Shown here one piece after another: positions 9,234-16,574 of a stretch of 39,360 bases of DNA. Below the pieces are notes generated by a model. That model made no database searches. It saw nothing but the letters and a program-made list of their open reading frames with translations, and was not told the DNA's origin. Source of the DNA: a virus; IMG/VR virus record IMGVR_UViG_3300005056_000010. One strand, 5' to 3'. The position numbers and the translations under genes are program-made. How positions within the stretch are numbered: the first letter of the stretch is position 1; each line of letters begins with the position of its first letter.

Positions 9234-9478
9234 GGTCCGTACTCCTGACGATAGTCCTCGCCACAGTCGGCACCGTTCGCGACGAAGGCCACTGCCTGGA
9301 CAAGCGCGGCCTGGTCCTCACCGAGGCGGAAGCCACTGAGCTTGTCGGCCTCGCAGCTCGAGCAGGCGTCGAGTGCCCGGTTACTAAGTGCGAGTGCGAC
9401 CGGTGGACGATGGGGCTCGCGGGCGTCGGTGTCGGCCTTCTCTCGTGTGGGTCTTTTTGGATTGGGGCAGAACTGTGA
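9230..9478 (+). CDS. Small protein with N-terminal signal-like and C-terminal TM segments (82 aa)
   Basis: GTGA overlap with the upstream stop. N-terminus VRSVLLTIVLATVG. C-terminus GLAGVGVGLLSCGSFWIG. Six Cys. Confidence 0.5.
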   Translation: MRSVLLTIVLATVGTVRDEGHCLDKRGLVLTEAEATELVGLAARAGVECPVTKCECDRWTMGLAGVGVGLLSCGSFWIGAEL

Positions 9479-9717
9479 GTGACATCGCGAAGATTGGGGG
9501 CTTCGCCCTAACGCTACTAACGGCGATGGTCGTTGCGGGAATGTTCATCGGCGGGAACATGAGAGACATCGAGCACAACACCCAGGCGCTCAAAGACATG
9601 AAGGATGAGAGCAGAGAGGACCGCAAAATGCTGGTCAAACTGCTAGTGCTAATGGGCAAGGTCAACGTCAAGGTCTCGCAAATTGAGAAGTCGCAAAATC
9701 GGGCCAACCAAAAGTGA
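9475..9717 (+). CDS. N-terminal TM plus coiled-coil small protein (80 aa)
   Basis: GTGA overlap with the upstream stop. TM segment GGFALTLLTAMVVAGMFIGG, then a K/E-rich helix. Confidence 0.5.
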   Translation: MSDIAKIGGFALTLLTAMVVAGMFIGGNMRDIEHNTQALKDMKDESREDRKMLVKLLVLMGKVNVKVSQIEKSQNRANQK

Positions 9718-9743
9718 ACTGGCGTAAGGGGTAGGCCGCCGAT

Positions 9744-9977
9744 ATGAGCGTAAGAATGATTCTCTTCTCCCTCGTCATCGTCGCCACCCTAGCCGGCCCA
9801 TCCCAGGCTGGTGCCCCTATGCCTGGCCAAGAGCCCACCGATAGAGAGCTGCTCGAAGAAGTCACGGCAGAGGCCGAGCGGCTTGCCGAAATGCTCGACA
9901 GGATTCGGCTACAGTGCGCTGACGCTGGGCTGGATTGCAGAGACGCGGGAGTCCCCGCACAACCACCGGAAGGATAG
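9744..9977 (+). CDS. Small secreted protein (77 aa) with cleavable-looking signal peptide
   Basis: MSVRMILFSLVIVATLAGPSQAGAP. There is no lipobox Cys. Confidence 0.5.
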   Translation: MSVRMILFSLVIVATLAGPSQAGAPMPGQEPTDRELLEEVTAEAERLAEMLDRIRLQCADAGLDCRDAGVPAQPPEG

Positions 9978-9980
9978 AAT

Positions 9981-10217
9981 ATGACCTACAGTACCGCCCT
10001 CGCTGCGAAACAGTACGCGGCGGAATATCGAGGCAGCAAAGTGCTCGGCGTCACCGTAACTGGGTTCACGGACTACGACCCTGGAGTCGACGGCCCGACC
10101 GACCCGAGCCCACCGCCCGATAACCCGGACGAGTCCGACATTGAGAACTACATTTTGGACCGAGAGCGCCGGACGATGTGGGAGATTAAGAAAGCCTGGG
10201 AGGCTGGCAACCCTTAG
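9981..10217 (+). CDS. Hypothetical protein (78 aa)
   Basis: ATG lies 3 nt after the upstream stop. Acidic small ORF. Confidence 0.5.
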   Translation: MTYSTALAAKQYAAEYRGSKVLGVTVTGFTDYDPGVDGPTDPSPPPDNPDESDIENYILDRERRTMWEIKKAWEAGNP

Positions 10218-10294
10218 CGATCCCCGTCAGTCTTAGCCCGCCACGAAGTCTAACGCGGATAAGGGCTGCCCATTTTGAGGCGGGAGGTGAGCGA

Positions 10295-10411
10295 ATGAGT
10301 GACGAAGTCAAAGTCTTCTGCGGCAACTGCGAGCATGAGTGGCGGCAGGTCAACAGGTCGCCGTATGAATGCCCGAAGTGCGGTCCCCCCATTGGACGGG
10401 CGCTACCTTGA
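10295..10411 (+). CDS. Zinc-ribbon mini-protein (38 aa; CGNC...CPKC), absent from the ORF track
   Basis: The translation is MSDEVKVFCGNCEHEWRQVNRSPYECPKCGPPIGRALP. GGAGG lies 6 nt upstream of the ATG. Third positions are G/C-rich. Confidence 0.55.
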   Translation: MSDEVKVFCGNCEHEWRQVNRSPYECPKCGPPIGRALP

Positions 10412-10465
10412 GGCCCTTCTTTCGTGCCCGCTCCCAGCAGTCTACCGAGCAGACTAAAGCCATCT

Positions 10466-10699
10466 TCAATCCCGCCATGAGAATGCCCTCGTTGTGTCAG
10501 TAGCGCGGGGCGACTGCGCGCCCTCTTGTAGCCGCACATTGTGCAGCTGTATCCATGACCTCGGCACCGAGTCGCGCATCCGCCTGGCCACATCCACGAG
10601 GCTGAAGTTGAAGTGCGGGCGCTGCGGGTGCGCTGGGTTGCACAGCGCTTGCACTTCGTCCTCGGTCAGCCCGTTATGTCGCTTCGCTGCGTAGCTCAT
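10466..10699 (-). CDS. Hypothetical protein (77 aa), last gene of the leftward operon
   Basis: ATG at 10699 overlaps the methyltransferase stop (ATGA). It is the internal start of track ORF 10466..10732. Confidence 0.45.
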   Translation of the reverse strand: MSYAAKRHNGLTEDEVQALCNPAHPQRPHFNFSLVDVARRMRDSVPRSWIQLHNVRLQEGAQSPRATDTTRAFSWRD

Positions 10700-11517
10700 C
10701 GCCACCCCCCTCTCTTGGTAAGTAGCCGCCATGCGAGCGCAGCCACTGCTGGAGCCTGCCCGTTACCGAGGGCCTTAAGTCGGTGTGACCTAGCGGCCAG
10801 CCCATCAGAGTCTCGACAAACTCGGGGCTGAGACTCCCAGGCTCTCGAGCCCCATCCGGCCAGCATCCTTTCCGCGCCATCATCTTGAGCCCTGGCCGTA
10901 TCGGACCCACCCGTCCCGAGCCTCCGCCGCGGTTGTAGCCTCCAGTGTCGCCGGCGGTCGGGGTGGGCAGCCACGATCCAGATTCTCTTTCGGTGGTGGG
11001 GGGCGCCAGCGTCGTCCGCTCCAAGCACTCCCCACTCCGCATCGAACCCCATTCCGGCCAGGTCTCCGAGTACGATTCCAAGCCCCCGAGAAGTGAGCAT
11101 TGGCGAGTTTTCCACGAAGACGAATCGCGGTCGTACCTCGCGAATGATGCGGGCCATCTCCACCCAGAGCCCGGACTGCTCTCCGGTGATGCCTGCGCCT
11201 TTGCCAGCGCACGAAATATCTCCGCAGGGGAACCCTCCAGACACGACGTCGACGAGTCCTCTCCACTCGGTACCGTCGAACGTTCTAACATCGTCCCATA
11301 TTGGAAACGGGTGCAAGCATCCGTCGTCCTGTCTCGCAGCCAGTACCGCAATAGGGTACGGCTCTCGCTCGACTGCGCAGACGGTTCTCCACCCGAGGAG
11401 CAAGCCCCCGAGAATCCCGCCCCCCGCGCCTGCGAAGAGAGCGAGTTCTCTAAGGCCGACCGCATCGCGTTGCTGATAATCCACATCAGACACGAGCCAC
11501 TGCCGTGTTGTGTTCAT
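10696..11517 (-). CDS. dcm: DNA (cytosine-5) methyltransferase (273 aa from ATG 11517; start uncertain; internal frame ambiguity, see findings)
   Basis: Motif I LFAGAGGG, motif IV GGFPCGDIS, motif VI FVFVENSP, motif VIII APHHRKRIWIVA and motif X LKALGNGQAPAVA all occur in this frame. Confidence 0.8.
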   Translation of the reverse strand: MNTTRQWLVSDVDYQQRDAVGLRELALFAGAGGGILGGLLLGWRTVCAVEREPYPIAVLAARQDDGCLHPFPIWDDVRTFDGTEWRGLVDVVSGGFPCGDISCAGKGAGITGEQSGLWVEMARIIREVRPRFVFVENSPMLTSRGLGIVLGDLAGMGFDAEWGVLGADDAGAPHHRKRIWIVAAHPDRRRHWRLQPRRRLGTGGSDTARAQDDGAERMLAGWGSRAWESQPRVCRDSDGLAARSHRLKALGNGQAPAVAALAWRLLTKRGGWR

Positions 11518-11941
11518 GCCATTTGTGGTGGCACATCTTGCACAGCCATCGCACGTCAAGAGGCTTGTTGTAGTCGTCATGATGGGCCTGAATAGATGCG
11601 CGACCGTCCCGATACTGAATCCCAACCCCGCAGCACTCTTCACATAGAACACTGCGCACAAGAGCACCCGACGCGACAGCTTTCTCAACTAGGTTGTGCA
11701 CGGGATCGTCGGCCCTGGGGCCGCCTCTATAGAAGTGATTGTCCTTCCCGTATCGCTTCTGCGGGCGCATCACCACCCTGCGCTTCAGGACACCATGCAT
11801 ACTGTTCCTTGATACGCCGAAGTACTCAGCGATGGGCCCACACGACACCCCTCGCCGGTACATAGCAACGGCATCATCAACATTGCCCTGAGTGAGCTTC
11901 TTTAACTTGCCAGCCACTGACGGCCTCCTATAAGAGTACAT
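11486..11941 (-). CDS. HNH endonuclease with N-terminal HTH
   Basis: CEECCG...AHHDDYNKPLDVRWLCKMCHHKWH is a classic HNH (beta-beta-alpha metal) core. The N-terminus VDDAVAMYRRGVSCGPIAEYFGVSRNSMHGVLKRR is HTH-like. Alternative start at 11971. Confidence 0.8.
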   Translation of the reverse strand: MYSYRRPSVAGKLKKLTQGNVDDAVAMYRRGVSCGPIAEYFGVSRNSMHGVLKRRVVMRPQKRYGKDNHFYRGGPRADDPVHNLVEKAVASGALVRSVLCEECCGVGIQYRDGRASIQAHHDDYNKPLDVRWLCKMCHHKWHEHNTAVARV

Positions 11942-11984
11942 GTCATGTACGGTACCATGCCGTGTAACCATGCGCAACACACCG

Positions 11985-12326
11985 TCACTCCCCCACCCAC
12001 TCACCCAGCAGTGCCCCAGCAAACTCCCATCGGTCACGCCCGTGCCGCCGCTTGAGCGCGAGCCCAAGCCAACTCTCCAGCGCAATCGTCAGCCACTCCA
12101 TACCGAATCCGCCCTCGAACGCCTCGTAGTCCAGCTCAGTGCACAGCTTCCACATCAGCGCATCGGACAGCGGCCCCTCGACTGCAAGGTCCGGCCGGTC
12201 CTGGTGTGTGGACTGCGCAGCAATGTACGGGTCGGGCTCCCGCCTCTTGCCGAAGGTGCTCGCCTGCGGCGGCCCGAGGTAGCCCGCACGTGGGGTGATG
12301 GGCGCGGTAAATGTGTAGATGCTCAT
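11985..12326 (-). CDS. Hypothetical protein (113 aa)
   Basis: ATG at 12326 overlaps the upstream stop (ATGA). It is the internal start of track ORF 11985..12353. Confidence 0.5.
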   Translation of the reverse strand: MSIYTFTAPITPRAGYLGPPQASTFGKRREPDPYIAAQSTHQDRPDLAVEGPLSDALMWKLCTELDYEAFEGGFGMEWLTIALESWLGLALKRRHGRDRWEFAGALLGEWVGE

Positions 12327-12592
12327 GGTGCAGTCTCCAGGTAGAGGACCCACGCCCAGTCGCGCAGCGCATCGGCGAACAGCTCAGCCCTGCTTAGCTT
12401 GGCTGCGAACGCAATGCCGTCAGGCCTCCCAGCCTCGGCGATTGACCGGGCGCTGAACATGTGCGCCAAAACCACAAGCTCCGAATCATCGACCGCCTCA
12501 ACATCAGCGACGTACGGCAGCCCGGACTTGGGAATGCAGATGTCCCACGCCTCTTTGGCACGCCTGACTAAACCACTGCGCAGTTTCTTCAT
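12323..12592 (-). CDS. Hypothetical protein (89 aa), first gene of the leftward operon
   Basis: AAGGAGGTG lies upstream of the ATG at 12592, next to the divergent control region. Confidence 0.6.
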   Translation of the reverse strand: MKKLRSGLVRRAKEAWDICIPKSGLPYVADVEAVDDSELVVLAHMFSARSIAEAGRPDGIAFAAKLSRAELFADALRDWAWVLYLETAP

Positions 12593-12636
12593 AATCCGGC
12601 ACCTCCTTAGTGCACGCCAACGCTACCCGAATGGCT

Positions 12637-12713
12637 CACGGAATGTCCACAACTTAATTAAATGACGGAACATTCAATAATCATTTGACGGGACATTGGC
12701 GTACGGCTACGGT
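12637..12713. promoter_or_regulatory. Divergent early control region: three operator-like repeats plus a rightward sigma70-like promoter (TTGACG-17-TACGGT)
   Basis: The repeats are ACGGAATGTCC (12639-12649), TGACGGAACATT (12663-12674) and TGACGGGACATT (12686-12697). The -35 is at 12685-12690 and the -10 at 12708-12713. This is the most AT-rich stretch in the region. Confidence 0.5.
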
Positions 12714-12752
12714 TCTGGAGTCGGCACTCAAGCCGGAACGAAACGAGACACG

Positions 12753-12944
12753 ATGGACGACCTGAAAAGCCAGAGCGATTGTGTGGCCCTTCTGAATGGC
12801 TGCAAGTCTGAGACTGATTGGAACTCGCTGTGCACCAAAATCAAGCATGCGAACGGCGGGCCGTATCCCGGCTGGTGGTACCGCGCAGTCATTATGAGTG
12901 GGCTTGCCGGGAAAGTCTCCCAGGATTGGGCGGTATCGCCTTGA
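12753..12944 (+). CDS. Hypothetical small protein (63 aa)
   Basis: First ATG of track ORF 12696..12944 that lies downstream of the predicted promoter. Confidence 0.45.
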   Translation: MDDLKSQSDCVALLNGCKSETDWNSLCTKIKHANGGPYPGWWYRAVIMSGLAGKVSQDWAVSP

Positions 12945-13198
12945 GCCTCAACACCCAAGCCGGGCTGGCACTACGCAGCATCCGAAAGCGCATGAACGTG
13001 ACAGCGGATGAGTTGGCTAAGGCAATGTTCATCCCATCCACCAGCCTGCGACGATTCGAGCGCGGGGACGCCAAGGTCATGGTGGTCCACATCGAGCTTG
13101 CAGCGAATCGGCTCGGCCAGACCCCCGTGGGTCTGCTCTTGGCGCTCGCCCGTGAAGTCGAGAGCATGGCGCATGCAGCGCAGAAGGTGGAGTCATGA
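12941..13198 (+). CDS. XRE-family HTH regulator, Cro-like (85 aa, TTG start)
   Basis: LRSIRKRMNVTADELAKAMFIPSTSLRRFERGD matches the HTH_3 pattern. TTGA overlap with the upstream stop. It lies next to the operator-like repeats. Confidence 0.65.
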   Translation: MSLNTQAGLALRSIRKRMNVTADELAKAMFIPSTSLRRFERGDAKVMVVHIELAANRLGQTPVGLLLALAREVESMAHAAQKVES

Positions 13199-13485
13199 GC
13201 GACATAGGACCGATGGAAGCAGCCTACGACGAGCACGTGGCGCCCCTTATGACGAAGATTATCGCGGCATGCGAAGTAGCTGGCATCCCAATGCTTGCCA
13301 CGTTCTTCCTGGATGACACCTCGCAGGACCATACGGTGACGTGCACGACGCTGAAGACTCCCGCGCCTGACCATGCCGACGGGTCGCAGCACCGATCGAC
13401 CAAGAGGCTCTTGGCGTGCGCCGCCATCATAAGGCCGCGGCCTGCGTTGTTCAGTTTCGCTACCATCATGGGTGGTGAGTCATGA
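13195..13485 (+). CDS. Hypothetical protein (96 aa)
   Basis: ATGA overlaps on both sides. Confidence 0.5.
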   Translation: MSDIGPMEAAYDEHVAPLMTKIIAACEVAGIPMLATFFLDDTSQDHTVTCTTLKTPAPDHADGSQHRSTKRLLACAAIIRPRPALFSFATIMGGES

Positions 13486-14480
13486 GCGACGAGATTGCAC
13501 TGTCAGGCCAGTTCGGTCGGCAGGTCGCCGAGTTGGACTTAGCACTGTCGTTCTTTCAGCGCATGGGCGACACGGGGCTATTCCCTGACGGCATCAAGAG
13601 CGCAGCCGACGCACTCATGGTGGCAGCCGCGGGCAAGCGCTTCGGCTTCGACCCGCTCGAGTCGCTGCAGAAGTTCCATGTGGTGAAGGGGCGCGTGTCG
13701 CCATCGTCCGACCTGCGGGCCGGCATCATGCTGCGCTCGCCGCTGTGCCTATACCTGCGCTGCGCGTCTGGTGCCGAAAGCTGCACGTACACAACGGCCC
13801 GGAAGACAGACCCCGACCACGAAGTCTCGTACACCTACACGAAGCAGGACGCGGAGACTGCCGGGTTGTGGGGCCGAGGCACCTGGGCGAAGCATCCGAA
13901 GGCGATGCTGAGAGCCCGCTGCGTCAGCATCATCAGCCGCATGGTGTTTCCCGACCTCTTTGCGGGGATGTACGACGCGGACGAAATCGAGAACTTCAAC
14001 ACCCGCGCACCTCAGAAGCCGCGGCCGCAGCAGCGTGCACCCGAGCCGGTTGAGGATGTCCAGGACGCGGTGTTCGTGGAGGATGCGCGCCTTGAGGCTG
14101 CGCCGCCCGAGTCAAAGGAACCCAAGCCGAAGAAGCCGTACATGGCTGAGATTGAGTTCACGCAGTGGTGCAAAACTGCTGGGCTGCTGGTCTCCGTCGT
14201 CAAGGATTGGCGCACCGAGGTAGGCAAGGGCGGCGAGTTCAACGCCTACCGATACGGGGCCATCGTCGAGAACCTGAAGCGCTCGGACGACTACCGCCGC
14301 GAGCTTACGGAGTGGGTGCCGGTCGGGGGCGCCAAGGAGCTAGCCATGGTCAACGCACTCACTGACGGCAAGTCCGGCGCGTGGCTTCAAGAGCGTGCCG
14401 AGCGTACCGGCGACGACTTTGCTGACCCGGCCGTCGCACACCAGGCGCTCAAGGATGACTACTTCGGTGCTGGCAAGTGA
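13482..14480 (+). CDS. recT: RecT/Red-beta-like single-strand annealing protein
   Basis: WAKHPKAMLRARCVSIISRMVFPDLFAGMYDADEI resembles the conserved RecT core. It has an acidic/proline-rich C-terminal tail and sits ahead of a nuclease gene. Confidence 0.55.
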   Translation: MSDEIALSGQFGRQVAELDLALSFFQRMGDTGLFPDGIKSAADALMVAAAGKRFGFDPLESLQKFHVVKGRVSPSSDLRAGIMLRSPLCLYLRCASGAESCTYTTARKTDPDHEVSYTYTKQDAETAGLWGRGTWAKHPKAMLRARCVSIISRMVFPDLFAGMYDADEIENFNTRAPQKPRPQQRAPEPVEDVQDAVFVEDARLEAAPPESKEPKPKKPYMAEIEFTQWCKTAGLLVSVVKDWRTEVGKGGEFNAYRYGAIVENLKRSDDYRRELTEWVPVGGAKELAMVNALTDGKSGAWLQERAERTGDDFADPAVAHQALKDDYFGAGK

Positions 14481-14872
14481 GCTTCATTACTGAGCACGGC
14501 CATCAGGTTTTGGTTGTCGACCTACTACGCCGGAGCGGGCTGCTGTTCGCGGCCAGCCTCAACGGCGTCCGACTGTCACCGGGGCAGCGACGAAAGGCTA
14601 GCGCCGCGGGCATGGAGGCGGGTGAGCCCGACATATGCATCTACACTCCACCCCCCGCGGTGCTGGACTGCGTGGGCATGATGATTGAAATGAAGCCCCC
14701 GAAGGCCAAGCCCCGGACTAAGCGTGGCGGCCCCTTCAGTGGGTGCAAGCCTCACCAGCGGGAACGCCTCGCCCTGCTTCAAGGGCTGGGCTGGCACTGC
14801 GTCGTTGGCTATGGGGCAACCGACGCTATCGAGAAACTGCAAGCTGCGGGCTATCCGCTACAGGTGCTTTGA
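14477..14872 (+). CDS. VRR-NUC domain nuclease
   Basis: GMEAGEPDICIY...MMIEMK...KPHQRERLALLQGLGWHCVV follows the VRR-NUC pattern G.PD / E.K / Q. Confidence 0.65.
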   Translation: MSFITEHGHQVLVVDLLRRSGLLFAASLNGVRLSPGQRRKASAAGMEAGEPDICIYTPPPAVLDCVGMMIEMKPPKAKPRTKRGGPFSGCKPHQRERLALLQGLGWHCVVGYGATDAIEKLQAAGYPLQVL

Positions 14873-14964
14873 AATGGATGACTCGTTCGAGACCCGACGT
14901 GCCCGGATGACGGGCCCGCCCCGATTAGCACACGCGGCTGCAATGCCCTCGAACAGCGGGACGA

Positions 14965-15111
14965 GTGAGCACGCTGTTCTGGGTGCTTGGCATATGGGTA
15001 GCCATCATAGTCATTGCAGCCTTTGCGAAGGGCTCCATGGGTAGCCCGGCCGGCGACGTGCTTCGAAACCTGCCGTTAATTCACGACGAGTATCACGACG
15101 AAGAGGACTGA
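14965..15111 (+). CDS. Small membrane protein candidate (48 aa), absent from the ORF track
   Basis: GTG start. The translation is VSTLFWVLGIWVAIIVIAAFAKGS...DEYHDEED. Third positions are G/C-rich, unlike the overlapping frame of track ORF 14724..15044. Confidence 0.35.
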   Translation: MSTLFWVLGIWVAIIVIAAFAKGSMGSPAGDVLRNLPLIHDEYHDEED

Positions 15112-15114
15112 AGA

Positions 15115-15504
15115 ATGTCAAAGCTAACCAAAAGTCACAGGATTGAGTTGCCCCTCATCTACTGGGGTAAGGCTGTCCGCATGATTACCGTGCGACTGCC
15201 GAACAACGAGCCGGGTGACGCCGTCGGATACGTGGCCCGGGTCGACACAATAGAGGGCGCCCGCCTCGGCTGGGATGCGTACGTGTTCACCGCATCGGGC
15301 TCCTACCGACGCCGCGAGCGTCCAGCCAAAAAGGTCGGGCATCGGTGCGAGTCGTTCATCGAGGCCGGACACAAGGTGTGGGACAGCCGACTCGCTTTGC
15401 CTGACCCGGCGAAGGTCACGCCCATGCCGCCGCGCCCTACTGGCACCCGAGCGATTCGAGGTGCTGTCCCACAGCCCGTCTCTGGAAGGAGCAATGGGTC
15501 ATGA
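15115..15504 (+). CDS. Hypothetical protein (129 aa)
   Basis: ATG lies 3 nt after the preceding stop. ATGA overlap downstream. Confidence 0.55.
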   Translation: MSKLTKSHRIELPLIYWGKAVRMITVRLPNNEPGDAVGYVARVDTIEGARLGWDAYVFTASGSYRRRERPAKKVGHRCESFIEAGHKVWDSRLALPDPAKVTPMPPRPTGTRAIRGAVPQPVSGRSNGS

Positions 15505-15839
15505 GCGACCCGAAGATAGTAGCCGCGGCTCCCCCGCTGACCATCAAGCGGCTGGTGTTCGAAGCGTACACGACGGCGAAGGCAACCGGGTGGCTCGAAG
15601 GCGATGCGAATTGCCCCACCCAGCAGCTCGCGTGGCTTGGGCTCATCCACTCCGAGGTGAGCGAGGCGGTGAAGCCCGTGCGCGTCGGCGACATGGACGA
15701 GCTCGTGCTCGAACTGGCAGACATCGTGATTCGAGTGGCGTCCATGAGCGGAGCCATGGGCCTGGACCTGCACTCAGCAGTGCGCGCCAAGCTCGACTAC
15801 AACAGGGGGCGGCCCCGTAAGCATGGGAAATTAGCATGA
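15501..15839 (+). CDS. mazG: MazG-like nucleotide pyrophosphohydrolase
   Basis: LGLIHSEVSEAV...DELVLELADIVIRVASMSGAMGLDL...KLDYNRGR matches the MazG EExxE/ELADxxI helix pattern. Confidence 0.6.
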   Translation: MSDPKIVAAAPPLTIKRLVFEAYTTAKATGWLEGDANCPTQQLAWLGLIHSEVSEAVKPVRVGDMDELVLELADIVIRVASMSGAMGLDLHSAVRAKLDYNRGRPRKHGKLA

Positions 15840-16507
15840 GCCTATTCGCAGAATTGGCGTTAGCCATAGCCCAGACAGAAGCAAGCCGGCCGGGCGGTGG
15901 GCAGCCATCCGATGGTATCGACGTTGCCGTTGACCTCATCCAGAGGACCGCAAGCGCGGAGGTACCGGACGTTGGCGGGCGCGGCATAATGCAGGGGCCC
16001 CGACAGTGCCTTGAGGTGTGGGGTGTTGAGATTAGAGGCGCAGGGTCGCCCATCGGGCAGATGTTCTCCAGCACTTCGACGCTTGATTGCGAGCTACCCG
16101 AGGGCTGGGCGATTGAGCGCGATGGGGCTCACAACCGCCTGAGCGACGACACCGGAGCGCACCGGCTGCACTGGTATGTGCACGGATGGGACCCAATCAC
16201 AGTGCAATCTAGGTTCAGATACACCGTCTTTGAGAAGCACCTGAGCCCAGGCATGAGCGCGATGCAGGTTATGGACGGGGTGAAGAGTGTCCACAGCGTC
16301 ATCATCAACTACCCGAACCCTCGCAGTGAGGCGGGGCATGGTGGCGATCGCTTCTATCTGCCAGAGGGCACGACCCAAGAGGAATACCGCGCAAACGATG
16401 CCGCTAGGGAAGAGGCCGACAAGCTAGCCCGGGCGTGGCTCACAGAGCGTGTGCCGGGGTGGGACGACTACGCCAGGGTGGCTGAGTCCTGGCTGCTTGA
16501 GCTATGA
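15836..16507 (+). CDS. Hypothetical protein (223 aa)
   Basis: ATGA overlap with the upstream gene. Confidence 0.55.
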   Translation: MSLFAELALAIAQTEASRPGGGQPSDGIDVAVDLIQRTASAEVPDVGGRGIMQGPRQCLEVWGVEIRGAGSPIGQMFSSTSTLDCELPEGWAIERDGAHNRLSDDTGAHRLHWYVHGWDPITVQSRFRYTVFEKHLSPGMSAMQVMDGVKSVHSVIINYPNPRSEAGHGGDRFYLPEGTTQEEYRANDAAREEADKLARAWLTERVPGWDDYARVAESWLLEL

Positions 16508-16574
16508 CCTCAACGGACACAAGCGGCCTGCGTCAGCGGATACGCGAGCACCGTGAGTCGCTTCGGATTACTTG

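Noticed and set aside
10186-10593. 135-aa reverse ORF containing CTMCGYK, considered as a zinc-finger or HNH-like gene.
   Set aside because: It overlaps both the well-supported plus-strand zinc-ribbon ORF and the end of the leftward operon. It has low-quality composition and no HNH core.
10674-11486. The N-terminal two-thirds of track ORF 10674..11486(-) as an independent gene. Its peptide ..TWPEWGSMRSGECLERTTLAPP.. looked vaguely familiar.
   Set aside because: The same nucleotides encode unmistakable C5-methyltransferase motifs I-VIII in the other frame. Only the 10782-10970 portion of this frame is kept as an open question, in the findings.
14874-15044. ORF MDDSFETRRARMTGPP... (56 aa), starting 1 nt after the VRR-NUC stop.
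   Set aside because: Only its first 30 or so codons have G/C-rich third positions. The 3' part is out of phase with the better-looking membrane ORF 14965..15111. I could not decide whether it is a real short gene or a frame artefact, so it is not reported as a feature.
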